A stretch of 64,000 nucleotides of DNA from Cycas panzhihuaensis (Eukaryota > Plantae > Cycadophyta). The notes beneath the pieces were generated by a model. The model was not told the origin of the DNA and did not search any database. It saw only the letters and a list, made by a program, of their open reading frames with translations. The DNA is taken from NCBI GenBank assembly GCA_023213395.1, contig CM041465.1:208513741-208577740 (forward strand), written 5' to 3'. How positions within the stretch are numbered: the first letter of the stretch is position 1; each line of letters begins with the position of its first letter. Positions 43,501-56,720 of this stretch are shown piece by piece. The translations under genes and the position numbers were made by a program.

Positions 43501-46500
43501 GTGGGAAACTTATTTTTTATGGTGATTTTATTGAGCGCACGATAGTCAACACAAAGTCGGAAAGAGCCATCCTTCTTGCAAACTAAGATGATGGGTGCCG
43601 CATACGGGCTTTTACTAGGTTGGATGATACCTATGTCCAACAATTCCCGCGTGAGTTTTTCGATTTCATTTTTTTGGAAATAGGAATTTCTATATGGTCG
43701 AAGGCTTATTGGTTCGTGTGAACTTTGTAACTCAATAATATGGTAAAAGCCTTGATCAGGTGGGGGGCTAGTAGGTAACGGAGCAAATACAGATTGGTAT
43801 CGATCCAATACTTGCTGGATATCAGGGTGGATACCCGAGGGGGCCTGGATATGATTAAGACAAACGATGTATTTGATGTTACTGTTGAGTTGGTGGCGCA
43901 TTCTTGAGGGTGAGATTACTTTGTTTGGGGGGGCTTGCATCCCATAAAGTTTATGAGAGCGGCCCATGTGATCTTTAAACATAATAAAGGGGGCCGTGGG
44001 TGAGTTATTGGTGCTCTAAGTCCCTAGAGTCTGGAGCCATTGTATGCCAAGAATTGCATCTGACCCACCTATAGAAAGGGCATAAAAATCAGAGACAAGG
44101 GTATATGAGCCAATGTGGACCGTGAGGTTTTTTATTGTTCCTGCACAATGGAGTGTGTGATGACCAGGTAAGGAGCAAGTGAAGCCAGTTTTAGGTTCTA
44201 TGTAAAGATTCAATTGGCGTGCAATGGAGATGTCGATGAAATTTAGCGACGCGCCATCATCGATCAAAATGGTAATTGGGGTTTTCCTAAGTATTCCTTT
44301 GACTCGAAGTGGTTCAGGACATGCAATGGAGGTAACTGTGGATAAGGAAACTTTAGGCTCAGGGTTTGAGGGTAACGCATCAACAGGGTGGTCTTGGGGT
44401 TCATCATCATATTCATGCTCAGTATCAGGGTCATCATCCGAGGGTAAGTCTGGGTCAATTGTGAAGACCATCTTCCTAGCTTTGCAGATTCTATTGTGAC
44501 CAGTGGTCCATTTTTCAGAACATTGCATACATAGACCGGCTTCCCGACGACGCCAGCCTCAGAGGAGTGATGTGGATGGACTTCGATGATTCCTCGCTAC
44601 CGCCGAGAGATGTAGCTGGGGTGTCCTCTGGTCGTGGGCGTGATCGTGGTCTCTGGGACCAGGCCGTATCAGCTTGTCGGGATCGTAAAAACCACGTGGA
44701 GTCTCGTCTGAATGGAGGAGGTCTTTCTGTAGCAAATTCTGCTTCGACTGCTTTAGCCATATTAATTGCATCCTTTAGAGTGGATAGGGAGATTGTCTTC
44801 AAGTGCATTTGGATACGTTCTTTAAGTCCGGACACGTACATATCTATCTCTGTTTGTTTATCAAGTTGCTGATCAACCCGATTACGTAAAGATTGGAACT
44901 CGTCTGTGTAAACTTCGACAGAGGATACTTGCTTCAAACGTGTTAGCTCTATAAAAAAAGATTGACTCCAAGTGTCTTCATACTGCTCGAAAAAACAGGT
45001 AGAGAAGTGCGCCCAAGATTGGCTGGAGGGGTACTCCCGTTTCCACCATCGGAACCAATGATGTGCCTTCCCATCTAAGTGAATGGAAGCAAATGTAAGT
45101 TGCTCATTCACTGACATTGGGTTGAGTGCAAAGTAAGACTCTAGTTTGCTAATCCAACTTCATGCACTATCCCTGTTGAGATCTGGATCAAATGTGGGTA
45201 TGTTGATCTTATGATGGAATGGTTGTTGCTGACGTGGAGGTGGAGGCACGGTTTGTTGTTGTGCAGGGCCAACTGGTGGTGGAGGAGAGAAGCTGTTCAA
45301 CCTCTTAATTATATCTTGGATATCAGCATGAGATGCTAGGTTTTGCAATTTTGAGCTAAAGTCTGCGCGCAAGGTAGCTACTTCGGTTTTAACCTGATCG
45401 CGTATGTGGCCGAGATCCTCTATTGTATCATTAATTCTGTGGACTTCAGTCTCGAGTGTCGAGATTTTGTCACTATTACTTTGAGGAGCCATGGAGAAAG
45501 GGCGTAAAGAGGTGGGAATAAGTAGAAAGAAGGGGAATGAACGAAGTGGGAAAGATCAAGAAAGAATGGGACGTAAGAAAAAGGGGGTTGTTAAGGGAAA
45601 GAGAGGGGGGTGAATAGGGAGATTGTGGGGTGTCTATAGCTTGTTGACCCCAAAGAAGGTTACATAAACAAGATATCAAGTTCTTTCAACAGTGCGAAAA
45701 GCTTGTTCGAATGGGGCATGTGAAGTGTAAAAAGGGAGGGGGGGGTGTGAAAATTTATAGTATATACCAACCCAGTGCAAATGGACCAGTACGATGTGCT
45801 AACCAAAATGAGGTATATCCCTGTAAGGGTAAATTTTCTCACTGAATTAAGTGGATTTTTTTTTTTTTTTCTTTTTTTTTTTTTTTTCAAATTGTGAGGT
45901 GGCTTACAGTCTTAACCAAAGTATCCTACCAACCACTAGACAAGGTGTGCTTGGTCTTATAAGCTGGCCAATAAACTGTACAAGTTTGGGGCAGGTAGCT
46001 TTGTGGCACTAACCGCTAATCACTGCACTACAAGACTTCAACGGTCGATAGTTGCCTATGCTGGAAAAGGATTGGGACCTGAAGGTGGGGTTCTTCCTAT
46101 ATACCCGAAGGTACGTGGAGGCGCCCTGCAGTAGCCAGGTTCTGTCTAGGGCTTGGCTCAGGAGTGATACTCCAATCCTTCACGCAAAGGGCAGGAGGGC
46201 CACTATGCGCTTAGCCAAAATGATAGATCCCTGCGATGCCCAGGAAAGGACGTGGGAGGGAGAAAAAGTAACCGCCTAGCGATGTTATCTACCCTTAAGA
46301 TATAATTCAATGCCAAAATCGAAAAATAGGAATGAAATTTAAAACCAGATGAAAGACAAGGGATAAAGTACTAAAGTTACCTGGGAAAAGAATTTCCCCT
46401 TTCTCCTAACTCTTGGACTGTCCCGATACCGTTCCTCAATCTCCGTGGAGAGAGTACTAAGCGAAGGTCTTTCCTCGATCTCTACTAGGGTAGAGAGAGT

Positions 46501-46954
46501 ACTCGATCTGATAGGGAAAGAAAAAAAATTCTGGACTTTTGGGCAGCCTCCCACGATCGCGACGCAGCTCTGATACCACTTGGGACGTTTCTTCTCGCCA
46601 ATACTCTTGAGATAGTAGAGAATTTGACAATCGCAACAACGTCTTCTTATCCAACAGAGCAAACAAGCTAACCAAGAGTTTCACAGGAACACTAGAGCGC
46701 TAAATGATCACCAAAAGATAGAAAGTATCTAAAGACAATCTTTATAAAAATGTTCTATCAAGATAACCATCATTTACAATTTATGACCCTTATATAGATA
46801 AAATAGGGTCTTATACATGTAATCCTATTGGTGGCCTAAACGGCCTTACATTCTATTGGACAGCAGCGCCCATGCATACTATTGGCCCGCTAGACGGCAC
46901 ATGCACAAAGTTCCATAGTGGCTTACACAACTTAGCCGGATAAGTTATGTAACA
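40600..46954 (-). mobile_element. Full-length Reina-like chromovirus (Ty3/gypsy)
   Basis: 374-bp LTRs 40600-40973 and 46581-46954 (about 15 differences by eye); perfect PBS TGGTATCAGAGC 46567-46578; PPT 40974-40988; TSD AATTG at 40595-40599 and 46955-46959. Confidence 0.95.
40985..45492 (-). pseudogene. gag-pol of the Reina-like element, broken by several stops and frameshifts
   Basis: Gag (44515-45492), PR ILIDDGASLNFI, RT FRLCVDYRALN and FFNDIL, RNase H ECDASGFGLGAVL, integrase VVIDRLTKYAHF..YHPQTDGQSE, chromodomain KYLIQWTG..EATWES. Confidence 0.92.
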
Positions 46955-49299
46955 AATTGCTAGGTGTTTACTATTATTGTAAGAGAACTCAACATATGGA
47001 AGACTTTCTTTCCATGCTTTTTGCTTAGTTGCAACATGTGACCTAATCATGTCTTCCATTATTTAATTTACTCTTTCTATTTGTCCATCTGTTTGTCTAT
47101 GATCTCCACTATTAAATTGCAGTTTAGTTTCAAGTGCTTTCATGAGTTCTTGCCAAATTTGGGTAGTAAAGTTTGTATCTCTGTACCCACTATAAACTTA
47201 AGAAAGCCAAATTTAGAAAACACCTCATCTATTAACAACTTAGCAATATCCATTGCTCTGTGTCATACAACATGGAATGAATCTAGCCATCCTAGTGAGT
47301 TTATCCACTACCACTAAGATTTGATCACTTTTTTTATGGAGTTTTTGGCAAGTTAGTCACAAAATCCATGGATATGTTTTGCCACTTTGCTTGTGGCATA
47401 GGTAGACCTTGTTCTTCCCTGCCAACTTTATTAATATAACATTGATCACATGTTTTTATAAAGTGTACTATTTGCTTTTCATGCTTTTCTAATAAACATG
47501 CTTCTTTGTAGGCTCTCTAGTTTTATCGATGCCCACATGACTAGAGAAATGGTTGTCATGAATCTCATATAGGATTTTATACTTTAGTTCTATTATGCTC
47601 ATAACTACTATCCTACTGCACTTCCGTAGAGTATTTTTCGTTACCTCAAGGTTTTTGAACAAAGGATCTTATTTCTTTGTAAATTCTTTTATTTTCCAAT
47701 ACCATTCATCTTGCTTTTGTGCCTCGTCAATCTCTTACCCGAGATTGCCTTGAATGATCATCACATTACTATCAAAAGACATACGAGAAAGTGCATCTAC
47801 AACTAATTCACTTTTCTTGCCTTATACATAATCTTGGGCCTAAATTCCTTGAACAACATGGCCCATTGATATTGTCTCAAGGGTAACTCTCCTTGGGGAG
47901 GGAAATTCAATAGAGGTTTGTGGTTTCTAAGCACCTCAAAATCATTTTCTTCTAAATAGTGTTTACATATTTTAATTGTGTGTATCACAAATAGTAGCTC
48001 CTAATAAAAAATATGATATCTATATTCATCTTCCTACTTTTGTAGGCAACTACTTTACCATTTTGCATAAGCATTGTTGCTCTACTACAAGCACTAGCAT
48101 CCATGTGGACCCTAAGGTGTGAGTTAATGTCAACATAAGATCTTTAGTTCAAATAAATCTTTTTAATTTCTTTAGTTGTTGACTAAAGCTCAACACATTG
48201 GTTGTTCCAAGACTGCTCATTTATGCTTCAATTTTACTTCAATGCCGTCCTTGATACTTTCAAGCCTTGCTCACCTTACGATTAGTTGTTGCATGTTACT
48301 ACACATATGCACACAAATGTGTTGTGAAGGAAATACTCGTACATGCATACTCCTATACAACATAGACAAGTTTTCCTTATTCATAATTTCATTAAATAAT
48401 AGCCAAGTACAGTGTTTTTCCACTAGCTATACTTGAGTAGGTAATCTCTAATACCAAAACTAGCATGAGAATGCCCTCTATTTACACCCATTTTACAACC
48501 TTTTGGACCCAAAAGGTACAACCACTACATGTGACTTTTGGTCTTTTCATAACAGATCATAATTACAATTCAATAATTACATTGCTTCTATATCTCCATA
48601 CACTAGTACAGCTATATGTACACCTTCCATTGTAGTCATTGGATCTTCGGGGAACTATTCCCTTCTAGTAGTGTTATGGTTATGTGATAGTTTATCAACT
48701 ATTCCCTAAGAGTTGTAACGCCAAACTGAATTTGTTCTAACCATTCTTGCAATTGTTTTGACCATTTCCAGGTAATATACTCATTGGTTTATGCTCTCAC
48801 GTTTGCCATTTCATTGGTGGAACTATCTCTAAATCCATTGCTGATCATTCCAAGTGTCCTTTGTCAGTTTCCATGCATATGTCTATCTCAAGGTTTAAGA
48901 ATGGTTGAGAATCCTTGCCTAACTACCCAAAAGTGACCAAAATGCTAAGATGCCACAAAAATATTTGTTTTTTCAGTGGGCTATTCTTCCCCACCTCTTC
49001 TCTTGAGCTGCCCTTGTAGTTAAACGACTTGCACCTCTCTTTTGTGCACGTCATCTCTCAACTATTATAGTGTGTTCAAATTTAGTTGTCATGCCTTCAT
49101 TAAGATTTGTTAAATTTTCAACCTTGATGATATTTTAGCTAATGCTTGCTCCAATGATATCTTTTTTCATTGTCATTTATTATATTACGTGTGCATTCCC
49201 TTTAATAATTCTCTCATTTGTTGGATCGTGCTGCGTGGGCCTACCCTTGCCTACGATGTAGGGTCTCCGCGCATTGGTGATGGTAGTGATGATGGAGTT

Positions 49300-50150
49300 A
49301 ACTCTAGTTCTTCTTCAAAATCCAAGTTGACCATCCAATGACTGCACTGTATGGCCTTCTTTTTTGGACTATGATGGTATGTTCTAATACACTCCCTTAG
49401 AATCAATCAATTATTTGCCTCATAGTTACATTTACCCTTTGCTTCACCTCATATGATTTTGTATCATGGGGGAATGCTCTAGTCCATTATTGTATACATG
49501 CCTACTTTTCTTGTATTTATTCATGTCATGGTCTAGCTATTGGTTTTTATGTGAACAACCCCCCTAACAACAACAAGGGGTATTAAAAAAATGGGATTCT
49601 CTCCTTGAAGTTGTTGTAACTATTTTTTGATGGATTGGGCAAGAAATTCACCCCAATTAAACACCATGCCTTCCTGTACTTCTTGCATGGTACGCAACAT
49701 TCTTGTGGGGCAATATGCGTATTTCTTCTTTGCCAAGAACTTTATCATTAGAATCCTGGCTATCCATCGTAGCTCCAAATCACATAAGTCATCGATCTTG
49801 GTGTCACCTAAATACTGTGGTGCACCTTGTTTATAAAATACCCTATTAATCAACTCCCAATCCACCTCATTCCTTCTATCTCCTAGCAGTGCCCTCCCAT
49901 GTCGAGGTAACTTTGTTAATCTCCAAATTAAGTTTATTGATATCTCCACGAGATTAGGGGAAGGCCCCTAATCTTATTGTGGTCTCCATCGATTGTTTGT
50001 TCTAGTATAGGGGTAGCAATAGTATGAATCTCCTCCACCTTGCCCTAATAATTGCTAGCTTAAAGTCATTTGACATATATGCAAACTCTTCCCCCAAATG
50101 AGGCAATTAGGGCTACAATAATTCCATTGGCATTTCAATTATTATTATTA
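49300..50150 (-). pseudogene. Remnant of an Athila-type 3' extra (env-like) ORF
   Basis: ORF 49620-49949 aligns with 21177-21437 (WRLT.LP..G...GD...E.D..KF..KKKY.Y.PT) and ends in the FNWG motif also seen near 60440. Confidence 0.65.
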
Positions 50151-52749
50151 TTTTAACAATACACTTGGAAGGATGAAAATAAACCTCATAAAATGCATAT
50201 CAATGCTCAGAATCCGAAGTTTCTGCCAAGGGATTATGAGGAGCATTGTTGGACATTTTTTGGAATGTTGGATTCTACTAGAACACTTCTTTTTGGATGA
50301 GTCATTTGCAGTATCATTTGGTTGGACACTTAAAATTATTCAGATGACTACCATCCATTGTTAGGGCATCTTCAATCCAATTTGATCTTTGATGAATTTT
50401 GCTAAAAAACTAATGAAGACCCTTCTTCTTGGCAATCACTCAAATTCTGGAATGTTTGGTGTTGGGTTAAAGTCCAGTACTTGGGCGATTTTGGACAATG
50501 TAAATATAGGAATGCATTATCCTAACTCGAGGAATGTAGGAACACATCAATTGATGGGCATATGGAGGAACACATGCTAGAAAGTAGAGAAAATGGCCAA
50601 AGCAGAGCTCTTGAGGAATGCATGAAAGGTTGCATTCTAGAATGAAACGTAACATAGTTCGGAACACATGCAGAATGCATTTCAGGGAATGCATGCCCAG
50701 ATTGAAGTGATATGTTGTAGATCTATTGATGTCATCTTTAATGGTATGTTTGTATAGTCATACAGACAAAAAGTCATGATTAAGAGGCATAATGAATGTA
50801 TTAATGAAAAGATGTTATTTGTCATTGAGAGGTATGGTTGTGACTAGAAGTCACAACTAGTCCTCAAATGGGTACACATAAGTGTATTTATTGTCATTCT
50901 TTCACCATTCCAATGGTGAGAGCCAAGTAAATCAACTATATGGCATGTTGTACTATGGAATGCGTATGGAATGTTCCCCCTGGTGATGTAAAATACATTT
51001 GACATTTGATAGTGATATTGCTTAATGGAATTAGAGTTATGTGGAAATTTGTGTACTTTGTGCATGATTACAACTAATTTATGAGTTTATATTGATGTGA
51101 TGGCATTATGATATGATGGTGACTAGTAGTATGGCATGTATGTAATTTATGATGACATTATATGTTGACTAAGCCCTAACTGGACTATCAAATAGTGATC
51201 CCTCTTGACAAGTGTACTTTCATAGGGTGAAAGGGAAGTCAACATTGGTTTAGTTGCTTATGTCCATTGAGGAGGGACTAGGCTAGAGTTTCATCAAATA
51301 TATTATGCTCAAAGACTAAGGAACCTTGGTTGTCGTCATGATGGTAGGCTGCCACTAAGCCTTTGATAGCTAGAGGACCTTCCAATGCCATCAAAACAAC
51401 CTTTGAAGGTGGTTAAGCCACCAAAAAGGCCTTCAACTAAGGGAATACCAAAATCTAGTAGATAAAGGGCTTTACGATGGTCAAAAGAGGCAAAATTGAG
51501 AAGGGCTAGGAGGTTAAGCCTCAATAAAAATGACGAGACTAAGAGACAATCCATCAAAGGGTCTAAGGCAAGTGATGCCCAAACACCCTAAGAACAAGAA
51601 ATTGAAAGACATGGAGACCAAATGGTGATAACACCTGCCCCATTTGAAACAAATATACTCAACCCAGAAAAAAAGAAAAAAAGGAAGAAAACTTGGAATA
51701 GAAAGAAAATCCAAAAGAGAATGGCACTTTAAAGGAGGAAGGTGAAACCCTAGGGAAGGAGGAAGGAGTAAGTTCAGAATCTACTCCGAACGACTTAAGT
51801 GATCACAAAGAAAAGGCAAAGAGAGGTCCCTTGGCATATTGGGAAAATCATTTGAGGACTTGCCAAAGAAGGGATCTAAGCAATCATTCTAAATAGCAAC
51901 ACCACTAATAGTGCAAATATCGAGAATTCCATAACTTATTCATCTAAAGACACCCTTAAAGAATGCCTTATTTAGAAGGGAGAGTATTGGGAGAAGCATC
52001 AAACCCAATATAGAAGAGGAGGAAGAGATACATTCAAAATAAGAAACTAAACCACTTAAGTCTCCAGAGGTAGAAATTTCACCACCTAATTCTCTAGAGT
52101 TGGGGAGTAGACCACTAGAGTCACCAAAATTGGATGATTCAAGGGAGTTTGGCAAAATGATCGTCAATGGGACCTAAAATGCTACCGAGCACATCTATTT
52201 ATTTCCAAATTTGATAAATGTCAAAAGGATCATAGATGAGGCAAAGATCAAGGCCAGATTCGCATGTACATTAAGGGAAGTACTGTTGGCATGGTACAAA
52301 GAGTTAGATAAAACAAACTCTTGGGAGAAAGTGAAGAAAGAGTTTGAGGAAAGATTTCAAAAGTTCCACAACAATGAAGTTGTAGAAACTACATTAAAAG
52401 AAATTAGATAGAGACTTGGAGAATCGATGAGACATGAAAATCATAATAGCTAACATGATGGACGAAAAAGTAACAAACCACAATATGAAGAACTACTTTG
52501 TTAGAAGATTAAATAAGAAGTTAAGGTCAATGCTGCAAATGTATCAATTAAAATCCTTCAAGAATGCTCAGGAGTTAGCCTTGGAATTTGAACTAGAAAT
52601 GAATGGCAAAATAGGAGGGCATAACCTATTACGATTAAGATTACAAGAAATAAAACAACAATAGCACTAGTAATTTTGTGTGCAAGGGATGAGTCAAAAA
52701 AGAATTGGGGGTTTTTGAGGACAAAACAAAGTCTAGTTTTAAGTTGCAA

Positions 52750-52980
52750 TTCAAGTGCAACCAAGTACAACCAGGTGCAACCAAGTACAACTTGAAGCAT
52801 GATCAAGTGCGACTAGGTACAACTTGAAGTGCAACCAAGTACAACTTGAAGTGTTACCAGGTACAACTTGAAGTATGACCAGGTGTGATTTAGAGTGCGA
52901 TCAGATTGCAAAGATTGTAATGCAAGTACAATCAAATCATAAGATTGCGATCTAAGTGCAATCCAGATTGCAAGCCAAAC
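52750..52980 (+). repeat. Degenerate 10-bp tandem array (CAAGTGCAAC/CAAGTACAAC, with 22-bp higher-order units) inside the LTR; counterpart at about 61890-62095
   Basis: Units are directly visible in both LTRs, with different copy number. Confidence 0.85.
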
Positions 52981-55900
52981 CCCTTATTATAATTAAAAGA
53001 TAGTTGAAGACTTATGTTCCATGTGAACATCATGTAATAAGGCACTTAAACAGTTAGAACGGTTAAGTCATTGATGTAACAAAATGTGATATACTTTGTA
53101 TAAGTAAGTCTGATGTATGTAATAGACATATTATATAGTTTAGGATTTTCTCTTCCATCTTTTGTTGTAATAGCTTCAAGCTGCAACTTGTAAACAACTG
53201 ATTGTACTATTTGGCCTACAACTAGTTGTGAGAGGACTAGACATAGAGCCCTTTATGAGTGATAAAGATTTGGATTGCATTCACAACAATGTAATTCCAC
53301 CTTGTGCCTGATTTATCAGTGTAATGTGCATAAACTGAATGTAAGATAACGCAACAACACACATTGGTTTTGTTGCCCAACTAAACCAAATGGAGAGAAA
53401 ATAAATCAAGATTGAAATGGCCAAAGCTAGGTAAATGGAGATCTTTCTTCCATGCAACCAAGGGTTGTGGTGAAGAAAACTGAGACGCACCAAGAGCAAG
53501 GAGAATATTGGGCAAAGGATAGAATACAAGTGGGGGTACGAAAACCGAGGTTTTCCATGACATCGAAGAGGTAGGTGAAGAGGCGATTGCCTACAAAATT
53601 GACTGAAGTAAGAAAATCAATTTCAAAAGATAAGACGGAAGAGGAAGACTAGGTTGACACAACAACAGTTGGGAGTCCAACCCAAGAATTGGTGGTCCAG
53701 ATAGAGGAAGACCAATGGTGTGTATTGGAAGAAGATCTTGTTATCAAAGAACAAGTACAAATGAAGGCAATTGAGGAAGAACTAGAACGCATGGTAATAA
53801 CACCAAGTGGTGAAGGTAGTGCCATAGTTTTAGAATTGTATAGTACAACATGGGAGGTTGGGACCATCATCTGGTTGAGGTTAAAACTCCCCTCATTATA
53901 AATCCTCTTTATGATAGAATGAGTGGAAAACTCATTGGATTGATTTCATCAGGACCTTGCCCCCTAGCAATAGAAGAAAGTCTAGAGCAAATAGCAAGCA
54001 TGGCAAGAGTTAGTGGCAATTCGCCACTATTTGGAGGAAGCATGAGTGGAGGAGGAAGTCCATTGCAAAACACATCTTTGTTGATAAATATAGGTGGTGG
54101 TGGTAGCCAAACACCATCAGGTGGAACTCTAGGAGGAACTACATTGGGAGGAGCCGGACAAGGGGGTTATAATCCTATGAGTGGAACATCAATAACCTCC
54201 AATGTCATTGTACAAAATGATGTAACATTTACCAATTTGTAGTCTGATGGATCCATGGATCTCGGTGACCATCTTACACCATTCCTAAACGTGTTGCAAA
54301 TCAAAAGGATTCAAGATGTAGATGTGATAAAAGCCAAAATTTTCTTGACATTGATGGGAGTGGCAATTTCTTGGTTTCAATATGCCTTAGCATAAAATTT
54401 AACATGGGACCAACTGCAAGTACATTTTTTAGATCAATGTTAGAAGAGGGATCCAATGGCCATACTCCAAGCACTGGAAGAAATTTGACAATTTCCAAGA
54501 GAATTAGTGAACAATTTTGATGGTCGAATGAGGATCATCATGAACAAAATGGATGCATTGACATCAATTAACTTGATGCTGGCAATAAAATATTTTGTTT
54601 AGGGATTAACTCTTCAATTAAGGGATAAATTTATGTTACATCTAATACATAACTATGAGCAAGTTCAGGAATTAGTGTTGAAATTTGAAAACCAAATGAA
54701 GACGGCGTATTCCCAACCAACAATGCATTTGAATTCAGCTTTTCACTTGGGACTTGCCTTTACTTAAGCACCTCAAATAGATGTGAATGTGCAACCTATA
54801 ATGGTGAATGAACAACAAGCAATGTAGACTCCACAAATGGGAACTAATCTAGAAATTGAAGCCTTGAGAAGGGAGGTGGAAGCACTAAAACAACAACCAT
54901 CTGTGTCGGTACCAATAAACATGCAACAAAATCAAGAGATAGAAAAGTTGTGCGAGGAACTAGCCTATTTGTGGTTAGAGAAGTCCAGAGACAACATATG
55001 GTGCCCTCCACCTTGCAATCAACAAGGACATCTTAGAAATGAACATAAAGGATTGGCAAAATGGTGTGAAAATTGTAGAAGGATGAATCATTATACATGG
55101 GAATGTTTTTTCAAGCAAGGACCCTGAAATCCAGAAGGAGAAGTCCACAATGCATTTTTCCAAAAGACAGAGTAAGGATTGGGGAGGTAATATGAAGGAA
55201 AAACGAAACCAATCCGATGTTTTTGTGCTAAAGATGGGGGCACTATCAATCTAAATGTCCACTGGAAAAGAAAGGTGGTGAATTAATTTGTGAAGACTGT
55301 GGATAAACATAGAGCAGAGATTCAAAGGATAAACATACAAAAGAAGAGTAGCTCTTCCTAAATATTCACCATAAAAAGAAGGTTTGAATCTTTGGCAACG
55401 ACTTCAACCAGTTAATGATTTGTCGACTGAACTAGGAGTCTCCATTCCACTTGCTGCAGTATTTAAGTGGTGGGAGGCATACTATTTTCAACAATTCCTA
55501 CTGGATCAAATTGAAAATCTAGTACTCATAGTAATAAAAGACAATGGAGTGGACCCTCGGTTACCAATGATTATTTTAGGGACAACACTATGCAAAACTA
55601 TTATAGATGGAGGATCGTGCATAAATGTATTGCCAGAATCTTCATGGATAACACTGGGAAGGCCGGAAGTGGTTGTCCCAAACTATTCCATAAGATTGGC
55701 TAATCAACTTCAAGTGAGGCTGATGGGGACATTGATGAACATCCTAATCATAGTTGCAGGTATCACTGTTCTTACGGACTTTGTAGTAGTCCAAATGTAA
55801 AGCTGGAAGAAAATGTATCCAATTTTGCTTGGTAGGCCTTGGATATTGACCACCAAAGCTATTTAGGATTGGGGAAGATTTACATTTACACTATCAATTG

Positions 55901-56280
55901 GAAATAAAACAGTTACCCTACCCCTATGGTCAAACGGACCCCACATAGAAAAGATTGAAGATGAAGAGAAAGCCTCCTCTACAACAACAAAAATAGAGCC
56001 AACGGTGAGCCCATGTTCAAAGATGGCATACTAGATATAGTCCACCATACCCAGTGAAGCATCCTCTTCCTATAGGCTTAATTGGTTACAAAACACATGG
56101 CAAGAAATAGAACCGGCAAATTGTTATCAGTCAGAGATGTGTCTAAACTCCTTGGACAACAAAGAAGAAGAACTAGAGGCAGAAGAGGGCCTATCCCAGA
56201 TGTCTACCAAAGGATAAGAAAAGATCCAACAATTGCAGACAGTCCAAGGTAACCCAAAAATATTCAATGAAATTGTTAAA

Positions 56281-56720
56281 GAGTTCCCATAATTTTGGGT
56301 TAAAAGGATGATGCTAATGGCCATTTGGAACAATGCACTCAAATTTTAAAGAATAAAAATTGGCAAGAAGATGCTTGGATGTACTTGTTTCACTTATCTT
56401 TGTCTGGATAGGCTTTTGCTTGGTATGTTGCCCATTATAATCAATTTAAAAGCTAACAGAATATGGGTCAGAATTTTTTTGTTTAGATTTTAGAAGAAAG
56501 AATTAGAATTCCCATAATTGCATAATGGGAATAATCCCCATAAACATGTTGAACGATGTATGGAAATTTGGAATGAGAACCAAATCTCCAAACAAGAATG
56601 GACTTAGCGCTGGTCTCAATCCTTTCAAGGAGTTTGTCTAACATGGTACTAGTATTATGAAAAGACACAACTGGTAGATTGGAGTTCACTAACAGAAAAC
56701 TTCTATCATATTTTCTCATA
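56281..56720 (+). pseudogene. Two tandem Gag capsid-like domains between protease and RT
   Basis: Manual translation gives EFP*F..KDDANGHLEQC..WMYLFHLSLSG*AFAWY..FKS*QNMGQNF and EFP*LHNGNNPHKHVERC..W..WSQSFQGVCLTWY..VDWSSLTENFYHIF. Confidence 0.7.

Larger units (their letters stand above)
39480..48450 (-). mobile_element. Old chromovirus remnant (RNase H, integrase, chromodomain, PPT, probable LTR) hosting the 40600-46954 element
   Basis: ORF 47803-47988 (RNase H), ORF 46853-47059 (LPYVEFSYNNSKH) continuing as IGMTPFKAMHGY across the insertion, chromodomain EYLVEWSNKPIEGGTWES (39962-40225), PPT at about 39956-39968. Outer limits approximate. Confidence 0.78.

Noticed and set aside
45857-45888. 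Poly(T) tract as a retroposed tail (also poly(A) at 24469-24484)
   Set aside because: No TSD or SINE/LINE body; these are simple homopolymers within LTR-element leaders.
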